Source: Capsulimonadales bacterium (GTDB lineage: Bacteria; Armatimonadota; Armatimonadia; Armatimonadales; Armatimonadaceae). Taken from it: a DNA stretch of 16,046 nt. Under the pieces are notes generated by a model. The model saw only the letters and a list, made by a program, of their open reading frames with translations, had not been told where the DNA came from and searched no databases. The DNA is taken from the NCBI GenBank assembly GCA_033762295.1, contig JANRLW010000039.1, forward strand, positions 1-16,046. The letters run 5' to 3'. The position numbers were made by a program, and so were the translations under genes. Positions 1-6,208 of the stretch are shown piece after piece. Each line of letters opens with the position of its first letter. Positions within the stretch are counted from its first letter, which is position 1.

Positions 1-389
1 CCGCGCCCAGCGCTGAGACCGAGACCCCGTACGCCCACGCGCCGGCTCGCGACGATGTCGATCGCACCTACCCCACCCCGACCGACCCGATCTACAACGA
101 CCGGGGCATCGCCAACAACCCGGCCTATGTCGACCGTGACCCGAACTACGCCCCCAACGCGACGATCGGTGACCCGGTCCCCGGCGTGCAAACCGGTGGC
201 CGCACGATCGACGGACGTCCGGACAGCCGGGGCATCCTGGAGAAGTCCTCGGACTTCGTGACCGGCGATACCACCGACGACAAGCAGGGCGTTCCGGTGC
301 ATCATGACAACCGGGGCGTCGGCGAGAAGGTGGCGGATGCCGTGACCGGCGACCGCATCGACGACAAAACCGGTCGCGTCGTTCGCTGA
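1..389 (+). CDS. C-terminal fragment of a low-complexity repeat protein with CsbD-like (general stress protein type) repeats; 5' end lies outside the window
   Basis: The reading frame is open from the window start (first full codon at 3) to TGA at 387-389. It contains two copies of a ~21-aa motif, RGILEKSSDFVTGDTTDDKQG and RGVGEKVADAVTGDRIDDKTG (pattern G-x-x-E-K-x-x-D-x-V-T-G-D-x-x-D-D-K-x-G), which resembles CsbD/YjbJ repeats. Upstream of these is a D/P/N/Y-rich low-complexity segment. A strong intrinsic terminator follows immediately. Confidence 0.45.
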   Translation, partial: APSAETETPYAHAPARDDVDRTYPTPTDPIYNDRGIANNPAYVDRDPNYAPNATIGDPVPGVQTGGRTIDGRPDSRGILEKSSDFVTGDTTDDKQGVPVHHDNRGVGEKVADAVTGDRIDDKTGRVVR

Positions 390-413
390 TCGCCCGGTTC
401 CTCCTGAGTCCGA

Positions 414-446
414 GCCCCGACGCCCTTCGGCGCCGGGGCTTTTCCC
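414..446 (+). terminator. Rho-independent terminator of the upstream repeat-protein gene
   Basis: GCCCCGACGCC-CTTC-GGCGCCGGGGC forms an 11-bp GC-rich stem with one A.C mismatch and a tetraloop. It is followed by CTTTTCCCGTTCGTT, 25 nt after the stop codon. Confidence 0.7.
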
Positions 447-526
447 GTTCGTTCCCCGATCCGGCAGGAGGACGATGGCTTGCCGGTGAAAACCCTATCG
501 GACGGAAGGCGAAGTAAGATCGCACG

Positions 527-961
527 ATGACAGCGGAAAAATCGAACCCGAATCGCGAAACCGGGACGGACGGGGCGACGGCCTCGTTGCGCGGCGCGGC
601 GCGGCTCCTGATCACGTTCGGAATCGCCCTGCTTGCCAACGCTCTGGTCGGCGCGGTCCACCTGCAGAACTTCCTGATCGGCATCGTCGGAGCCAACTAC
701 TTCCTCTGGATCGTCCTGCTCGCCGTTCACCTGCTGGAACGCCGCCGACTCGCCTGGTGGCTGACCCTGCTCGGGTCGATCCTCCTGACCGCCACCGGAC
801 TCGTCAACCTGACCATGCACGTCCTGCGCTTCACCGCCGGTCTGCCCGTGCATCGAACGATCGCCGTCGCCAACTTCCTCTACGTGCTGTTCCTGCCCCT
901 GCTCGTCGCCAAACTCCTGAAAAAGGAGGTCCGCGCCGCCGTCGGCGTCGGTCCGCGCTGA
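527..961 (+). CDS. hypothetical small integral membrane protein (about 4 predicted TM helices)
   Basis: A 144-aa ORF with four hydrophobic stretches (LLITFGIALLANALVGAV, FLIGIVGANYFLWIVLLAV, WWLTLLGSILLTATGLV, IAVANFLYVLFLPLLVA) and strongly GC-biased third codon positions. The overlapping 249-aa minus-strand ORF is G/D/E/Q/R low-complexity sequence and was judged antisense. No homology was recognised. Confidence 0.5.
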   Translation: MTAEKSNPNRETGTDGATASLRGAARLLITFGIALLANALVGAVHLQNFLIGIVGANYFLWIVLLAVHLLERRRLAWWLTLLGSILLTATGLVNLTMHVLRFTAGLPVHRTIAVANFLYVLFLPLLVAKLLKKEVRAAVGVGPR

Positions 962-1003
962 CCGGGGCTTCCCCGCCGTGATATAAAGGAACGGCGACTT
1001 CCC

Positions 1004-2581
1004 ATGACAACCACGGCACCTGCGTCCACGGATTCCAAACTCACCGAGCAACAGTACGAAGTGCGGCGACGCCGTACGTTCGCGATCATCTCACACCCGG
1101 ACGCCGGGAAGACCACCCTGACCGAGAAACTGCTCCTCTACGGCGGCGCGATCCAGATGGCCGGAGCCGTGCACGCCAAGAAAAACCGGCGACAGGCGAC
1201 CTCGGACTGGATGGAACTGGAGAAGCAGCGCGGCATCTCGATCACGTCCACCGTTCTGCAGTTCCCGTATTCCGGCCATGTCCTGAACCTGCTCGACACC
1301 CCCGGACACCAGGACTTCTCCGAGGATACCTACCGTACGCTCGTCGCCGCCGACAGCGCGCTGATGCTGATCGACAACGCCAAAGGGGTCGAACCGCAGA
1401 CCAAAAAACTGTTCCATGTCTGCCGACAGCGCGGCATCCCGATCTTTACGTTCGTCAACAAGATGGACCGACCCGGCAAGGACCCCCTCGAACTGATGAC
1501 CGAACTGGAGGACGTTCTGGGAATCCGCTCGGTGCCGGTCGTCTGGCCGATCGGGGACGGCGACCTGTTTCGCGGCGTCTATGACCGCCTGAACCGGCAG
1601 TTGCACCTTTTCGAACGGGGCGATGGCTCGACCGCGAGTCGCACGGTCGAAACCGACCTCACCGGGGAGGCGGTCGATTCCCTGCTCGGAAAGGCCGCCG
1701 CCGACAAACTGCGCGAGGATCTGGAACTGCTCGATGTCGCGGGCGAACCGCTCGTCCCGGAGAAGGTGCTGATGGGCGAGATCACGCCGATGTTCTTCGG
1801 CAGCGCGATGACCAACTTCGGCGTCGAACTGCTGCTTTCGAAGTTTATCGAGATGTCGCCCCCACCGATGCCCCGCCTCTCGGAAAAGGGCGATGTCTTC
1901 CCGGAGGAGTCGGAGTTCCGCGGGTTCGTCTTCAAGATCCAGGCCAACATGGACCCGAACCACCGGGACCGGATCGCCTTTTTACGGGTCGTCTCCGGCC
2001 GGTTCGAAAAGGATATGACGGCCTTCAACGCCCGCAGCAACAAGAGCATTCGCCTGACCCGCCCGCAAAAGCTCTTTGCCGCCGAACGCGAGACGGTCGA
2101 GGAAGCCTATCCGGGCGATATTATCGGCCTGACCAATCCCGGCGCGTTCCAGCTGGGCGACACCGTCTGCACCGGTCCCGCCCTGCGTTTCCAGGGGTTC
2201 CCCCGCTTCGCCCCCGAACACTTCGCCGTCCTGCGCAACCGCAAGACCGAGAAGTACAAGCAGTTTCAGAAGGGGATTCAACAGTTGTCCGAGGAGGGGG
2301 TCGTCCAGTTGTTCCATGAGCGGAACGCCGCCCGCACAGAACCGATCCTGGGCGTCGTCGGACAACTGCAGTTCGAGGTCATCCAGTTCCGCCTGCTCTC
2401 CGAATACGGGGTCGAGACCCACCTGGACCGCACCCCGTACAGCTTTGCTCGCTGGGCCACCGGAACGCCGGAGGCGATCCAGAACGCCTTCTGGGGATCG
2501 GGAACGCGTCGTGTCGAGGACGACGACGGCCACCTGGTCGTCCTTTTCGAAAGCGAATGGGGCATGAACTACCTGATCTAG
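1004..2581 (+). CDS. prfC: peptide chain release factor 3 (RF3), translational GTPase
   Basis: The 525-aa product has the G1 motif AIISHPDAGKTTLTEKLL, DTPGHQDF (G3) and NKMD (G4). Its length and overall sequence are typical of RF3. An AAAGGAA Shine-Dalgarno-like element lies upstream of the ATG. Confidence 0.95.
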   Translation: MTTTAPASTDSKLTEQQYEVRRRRTFAIISHPDAGKTTLTEKLLLYGGAIQMAGAVHAKKNRRQATSDWMELEKQRGISITSTVLQFPYSGHVLNLLDTPGHQDFSEDTYRTLVAADSALMLIDNAKGVEPQTKKLFHVCRQRGIPIFTFVNKMDRPGKDPLELMTELEDVLGIRSVPVVWPIGDGDLFRGVYDRLNRQLHLFERGDGSTASRTVETDLTGEAVDSLLGKAAADKLREDLELLDVAGEPLVPEKVLMGEITPMFFGSAMTNFGVELLLSKFIEMSPPPMPRLSEKGDVFPEESEFRGFVFKIQANMDPNHRDRIAFLRVVSGRFEKDMTAFNARSNKSIRLTRPQKLFAAERETVEEAYPGDIIGLTNPGAFQLGDTVCTGPALRFQGFPRFAPEHFAVLRNRKTEKYKQFQKGIQQLSEEGVVQLFHERNAARTEPILGVVGQLQFEVIQFRLLSEYGVETHLDRTPYSFARWATGTPEAIQNAFWGSGTRRVEDDDGHLVVLFESEWGMNYLI

Positions 2582-2601
2582 AAGAACCCGGAAATCACCT
2601 T

Positions 2602-2638
2602 CCGCGACACCGCCCCCACCGGTTAAAGGCGCGGTTTT
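2602..2638 (+). terminator. possible weak intrinsic terminator downstream of prfC
   Basis: Nested inverted repeats CCGCG...CGCGG and ACCG...CGGT are followed by TTTT (2635-2638). The structure is irregular. Confidence 0.25.
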
Positions 2639-2734
2639 CGGCTGCCCGTGTGCGGGGTGAGCAAGGAACTTGGTCGGCGAGCGGCGAACCTGTGGACTAA
2701 CACGCTCGATGAGGACGCCCGGTACCTGACACCC

Positions 2735-3652
2735 ATGAAAATTCCTGATTTTTGCCTGCTGTTTTCCGCGCTTTCGCTGATCGCCCTGGCGACGACCGTC
2801 GGGGCGAGCGAGGCCGACCTGCCGCCGACCGTCGCCTCCGGCGCGACCCCGGAGAAACTCGCCGGTGACTTTCTCTTCACCGAAGGACCGACCGCCGACG
2901 CCCAGGGAAACGTGTATTTCACCGATCAGCCCAACGATCGCATCCTGAAGTGGAGCGTCGAAGGGAAACTGACCACCTTTATGCAGCCTGCCGGTCGGTC
3001 CAACGGCATGTACTTCGATAAAAACGGACAGCTCTGGGCGTGCGCCGATGAGAAAAACGAACTCTGGGTGATTGCGCCCGACGGTAAATCGAAGGTCGTG
3101 GTCGCCGGATTCGAGGAAAAACTGCTCAACGGTCCCAATGATCTGTGGATCCGTCCGGACGGCGGTCTCTATTTCACCGATCCGTACTATGAGCGACCCT
3201 ACTGGAAGCGCGGGAAGATGGAGCAGCCGGGGCAGGCGGTCTACTACGTGACGAAGGATCGAAAGACCGTCAGGCGGGTGACGACCGACCTGACCCAGCC
3301 GAACGGAATCACCGGGACGCCGGACGGCAAGACGCTCTTCGTCGCCGACATCGGGGCGGGACGGACCTACGCCTACGATATCCGGCCCGACGGAACCCTG
3401 GCGAACAAACGGCTGTTCTGCGAACTCGGCTCCGACGGGATGACGATCGACAACGAGGGCAACCTGTATCTGACCGGACAGGGCGTCACCGTCTTCGATA
3501 AGGCGGGCCGGCGCATCGGCAATATCCCGGTGCCCGAACCCTGGACCGCGAATGTCAGCTTCGGCGGCAGGGATAAAAAGACGCTCTTTATCACCGCCAG
3601 CAAGGGACTCTACGCGATCAAAATGCGTACCCACGGCGTCGGCAGCAAGTAG
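2735..3652 (+). CDS. secreted SMP-30/gluconolactonase/LRE-like (SGL) six-bladed beta-propeller protein (lactonase family)
   Basis: The N-terminus MKIPDFCLLFSALSLIALATTVGASEA is a signal peptide. FTEGPTADAQGNVYFTDQPNDRILKW matches the SGL-domain hallmark (EGP...G.LYFTD), and D/N/G-rich blade repeats follow. The ORF track offers an upstream GTG at 2648, but the signal-peptide position argues for the ATG at 2735. Confidence 0.85.
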   Translation: MKIPDFCLLFSALSLIALATTVGASEADLPPTVASGATPEKLAGDFLFTEGPTADAQGNVYFTDQPNDRILKWSVEGKLTTFMQPAGRSNGMYFDKNGQLWACADEKNELWVIAPDGKSKVVVAGFEEKLLNGPNDLWIRPDGGLYFTDPYYERPYWKRGKMEQPGQAVYYVTKDRKTVRRVTTDLTQPNGITGTPDGKTLFVADIGAGRTYAYDIRPDGTLANKRLFCELGSDGMTIDNEGNLYLTGQGVTVFDKAGRRIGNIPVPEPWTANVSFGGRDKKTLFITASKGLYAIKMRTHGVGSK

Positions 3653-3693
3653 GCCCTCGCCGCAGCAAGCAGGCCGTCTCTGCTGCGGCGGCT

Positions 3694-3718
3694 CCGTCCG
3701 TCGCCGATCGACGGACGG
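3694..3718. terminator. perfect 10-bp GC hairpin between convergent genes (candidate bidirectional terminator)
   Basis: CCGTCCGTCG-ccgat-CGACGGACGG lies between the SGL gene stop (3652, +) and the lipoprotein gene stop (3723, -). A second imperfect hairpin CCGCAGCA...TGCTGCGG sits just upstream at 3660-3688. Neither strand has a clean U-tract, so this may be Rho-assisted termination. Confidence 0.4.
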
Positions 3719-3722
3719 CGGC

Positions 3723-3980
3723 CTACTTCGGCTTCGCGCTCGGTGACGCCGACGGAGCGGCGGTCGGCGGTTTTTGCGAACCCATGTTCATAAACCCGCG
3801 TACCCGGTCCCGATGCTCCGGCGGCACCTGATTGATATCGAACTTCTGCGTCATCTGCTTCCGCATCTTCTCCTCTTCCTGCGCGGAAACCTTGTCGTTT
3901 CCGCAACCCGATGTCAGGGCAAGCAGGGAAAGTAAAGACAGGAGCGAAAGGGAGCAAAGAAAAGACCGCGAAACGTGCAT
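3723..3980 (-). CDS. small secreted lipoprotein, unknown function
   Basis: The ATG at 3980 is preceded by AAAGGAAAACGG (Shine-Dalgarno AGGA). The product MHVSRSFLCSLSLLSLLSLLALTSGCGNDK has a signal peptide with the lipobox LTSG|C. The mature part is E/K/P/A-rich and ends PTAAPSASPSAKPK. Because of the SD, I prefer the 85-aa form over the 111-aa ORF-track form. Confidence 0.55.
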   Translation of the reverse strand: MHVSRSFLCSLSLLSLLSLLALTSGCGNDKVSAQEEEKMRKQMTQKFDINQVPPEHRDRVRGFMNMGSQKPPTAAPSASPSAKPK

Positions 3981-3996
3981 CCGTTTTCCTTTCGGC

Positions 3997-4029
3997 GGAG
4001 GCGAGACGGCCGATGGTCGTCTCGCCTCC
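3997..4029. other. perfect 12-bp inverted repeat (intercistronic hairpin) between the DUF1559 gene and the lipoprotein gene
   Basis: GGAGGCGAGACG-gccgatggt-CGTCTCGCCTCC. It is not followed by a U-tract on the coding (minus) strand. It sits 10 nt after the DUF1559 stop codon and 17 nt before the lipoprotein start codon. Confidence 0.35.
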
Positions 4030-4039
4030 GCGCCGTTTA

Positions 4040-4939
4040 TCAGCGCATGGCGTCCCACATATTATCCAGCGGCCGATCGAACCCGTCCGGATTGGTCTGC
4101 TCCGGGCGCATCGCCTTGGCATGGCCGTCCGAAAAGACGTAGTTGGTCAGTCCGGAGTGTCGGGTCGCCGCGCCGCCCGCCACGCCGCGCGGGTAGTCGC
4201 CGACACGAACGCCGTCGGGGATGTTCGCACCCTCTCCGAGATAGGCGCACTCAATGCCCTTCGGATGGCAGTCCCACATAAAGAGCATCGTCGGCCAGTA
4301 TTTGGTCGTGTTCGCGCCGAGCCAGGAGAAATCGGTCCGCGCGACATCGCCCGAGTGCTTCTCGCCGAAAGCGATCGTCTCCGCCGGACGGGTCACCGCC
4401 GCCAGCGACGTCGGACCGCTGTATTTGAACCAGTCGGACCCGATCCAACCCGAGGAGTAGATGGCGAAGATGCCCCGGTTGACGTTGCTCTGCAGGTTGC
4501 CGCCGCCCATCAGGCTGTTCGAGCCGTAACCGATGAACGCGCCCGCCCAGGAGTAGTTGGACTCCGCCGTGCTCGGACCGGGGTCCGACGGGCAGCGCAG
4601 AATCCCGAGCGATTTCATATACGGCATCAGGCGCGCCGGCCAGTAGTTGTTCCGCGCGTCCGATGCGTCGCCGGTCTCATTGGTATACCAGTCGTACACG
4701 CCCGCCGTCGGGAACGTTTCATCGTAGTCCTGGACATACATCAGCGTCGCAAGGCCCAGCTGCTTGACGTTGGAAAGACAGGAGGTCTGGCGGGCTTTCT
4801 CACGCGCCTGCGCGAAAACCGGGAACAGGATTGCCGCCAGGATGGCAATAATGGCAATAACGACGAGCAACTCGATCAGCGTGAAGGCGGTCCGGGAGGA
4901 CCGGCGGGGACGACGGTCCCGGGATTCGAAAACAAACAT
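4040..4939 (-). CDS. DUF1559-family protein with prepilin-type N-terminal cleavage/methylation domain and C-terminal H-X9-DG motif (pseudopilin-like)
   Basis: The ATG at 4939 has a strong SD (AAAGGAG, 7-nt spacing). The N-terminus [64 protein letters not shown] is a canonical type IV pilin-like leader plus hydrophobic helix. The C-terminus [17 protein letters not shown] matches H-X9-DG. The ORF-track start at 4993 adds 18 unconserved residues and has no SD. Confidence 0.9.
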   Translation of the reverse strand: MFVFESRDRRPRRSSRTAFTLIELLVVIAIIAILAAILFPVFAQAREKARQTSCLSNVKQLGLATLMYVQDYDETFPTAGVYDWYTNETGDASDARNNYWPARLMPYMKSLGILRCPSDPGPSTAESNYSWAGAFIGYGSNSLMGGGNLQSNVNRGIFAIYSSGWIGSDWFKYSGPTSLAAVTRPAETIAFGEKHSGDVARTDFSWLGANTTKYWPTMLFMWDCHPKGIECAYLGEGANIPDGVRVGDYPRGVAGGAATRHSGLTNYVFSDGHAKAMRPEQTNPDGFDRPLDNMWDAMR

Positions 4940-4974
4940 GAACGAACTCCTTTGAACGATGGGTAATGAGGGCA

Positions 4975-6072
4975 TCAGGTCGGGGAGGCGCAATCAACGC
5001 CTGCCCGGACGGCCTCAACGTCCGGACAGGGGGCGACGGAGTCGCGAACGACGATCGTCGCCGGAAGCAGATGCCGGTCGTTCGGTTCCTCGTCGCCGGG
5101 GGACATTTCGAACTGCCGGTGCAGGGCATCGAGCGTCAGCGCGCCGATCCGGTCGAACGGCTGCCGGAACGACGTCAACGGCGGATCGCCGGTCGCCGCG
5201 TCGGAGTTGTCGTCGATCCCGATCAGCGACATCTCCTCCGGAAGGCGGACGCCGTGCTGCCGCAGGGCCGCCCGTGTTTCCATCGCGCTGCCGTCGTTCC
5301 AGGCGAAGATAGCCGTCGGACGCTCGCTTTTCGGAAGGGAAAGCCACTCGGCGACCATATGGTGCGGGTGATATGTCTTCGGAACGTGCATCCGCACCAG
5401 GCGCGGATCGATCGCCAACCCGGCGGCGGCCATCGCCTCCCGGTAGCCGGCCAGACGTTGCCAGGTCGACACGACGAACTCCGGTCCGCCCACGAAGGCG
5501 ATCCGGCGATGCCCGTGCGCCAGAAGGTATTCGGTCGCTTCCCGGCCGACCCGGTGGTTATCGACATCGATGACGGCAGGCGCAAGAACATCGCCGATAT
5601 CGTCGAACAACTCGCTCGTCCCGATGATGACCAGCGGCAAGCCCCGCAGGATCAGAGCGCGGGCCAGCGGCGAGTTTTTGTTCGGCGCGACTATGATCAG
5701 TCCGTCGCACTTGCCGTCGCAGAAGGACCGAACCGCCCGGTGGACGTCCTTCTGTGCGAACAACTCCGGGGCGAACATCATCATGTTGTGGCGGCGGGAG
5801 TCCGGCTGACGGAGAATGCCTTCGAGCACCCGGCCCAGGTAGTGGTCGCCGGAGAACATCCCGGCATCCGGATTGGCGACCAGCCCGATGGTCTTGAAGG
5901 ACTCGGACTCGACCGAACGGGGCTTGGGACGGTAACCGAGTTCGCGGACGACCCGGAGGACGCGCGTCCGGGTCTCCGGGCTGACACGCCCCGTATCGGG
6001 GTTGTTCAGCACCAGAGAAACGGTCATCGGGGAGACCTGACAGGTGCGCGCGACTTTGCGAATGCTCGACAT
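4975..6072 (-). CDS. LacI-family transcriptional regulator
   Basis: The N-terminal HTH is [23 protein letters not shown] periplasmic-binding-protein-like type I sugar-binding core follows (GLVANPDAG..., IAFVGGPE..., [35 protein letters not shown]). The gene ends 35 bp upstream of the DUF1559 gene on the same strand, with no terminator between them. Confidence 0.9.
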   Translation of the reverse strand: MSSIRKVARTCQVSPMTVSLVLNNPDTGRVSPETRTRVLRVVRELGYRPKPRSVESESFKTIGLVANPDAGMFSGDHYLGRVLEGILRQPDSRRHNMMMFAPELFAQKDVHRAVRSFCDGKCDGLIIVAPNKNSPLARALILRGLPLVIIGTSELFDDIGDVLAPAVIDVDNHRVGREATEYLLAHGHRRIAFVGGPEFVVSTWQRLAGYREAMAAAGLAIDPRLVRMHVPKTYHPHHMVAEWLSLPKSERPTAIFAWNDGSAMETRAALRQHGVRLPEEMSLIGIDDNSDAATGDPPLTSFRQPFDRIGALTLDALHRQFEMSPGDEEPNDRHLLPATIVVRDSVAPCPDVEAVRAGVDCASPT

Positions 6073-6114
6073 CGTTTCGGAACCCGAGGGCGTTCTTTGC
6101 CCTTCCGGCAGTGA

Positions 6115-6196
6115 TTTACGCGTAAACCCGAAGCACCGGGGAGCGTAAATCGCCGTTGTTTACGTGTAAATTACTCCATATCCGAGGGTTTGTCAA
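6115..6196 (-). promoter_or_regulatory. predicted sigma70-type promoter of the LacI-family gene with two TTTAC-N2-GTAAA palindromic operator-like sites
   Basis: On the minus strand, TTGACA (plus-strand coordinates 6191-6196) is separated by a 17-bp spacer from TAATTT (6168-6173). The palindrome TTTACGTGTAAA (6159-6170) overlaps the -10 box and predicted +1. The perfect palindrome TTTACGCGTAAA (6115-6126) lies in the 5' UTR, 44 bp centre-to-centre from the first. An extra GTAAA half-site is at 6145-6149. Confidence 0.4.
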
Positions 6197-6208
6197 GCAA
6201 AAGAGGGC

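Noticed and set aside
302-1051. 249-aa minus-strand ORF overlapping the small membrane protein gene and the prfC start
   Set aside because: The product is a G/D/E/Q/R low-complexity string. The plus-strand ORF gives a coherent 4-TM protein with good codon bias.
1091-1963. 290-aa minus-strand ORF inside prfC
   Set aside because: It is antisense to the unmistakable RF3 coding sequence.
1982-3634. 550-aa minus-strand ORF overlapping the prfC 3' end and the whole SGL gene
   Set aside because: It is antisense to two confidently assigned genes and crosses an intergenic region with a terminator-like structure. Its composition is low-complexity and there are no recognisable domains.
3911-4966. 351-aa plus-strand ORF opposite the DUF1559 gene
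   Set aside because: It is Arg-rich low-complexity antisense sequence. The minus strand encodes a textbook prepilin-like N-terminus with a strong SD.
4966-6114. 382-aa plus-strand ORF opposite the LacI-family gene
   Set aside because: It is antisense to a clear HTH plus sugar-binding-domain regulator, with no motifs of its own.
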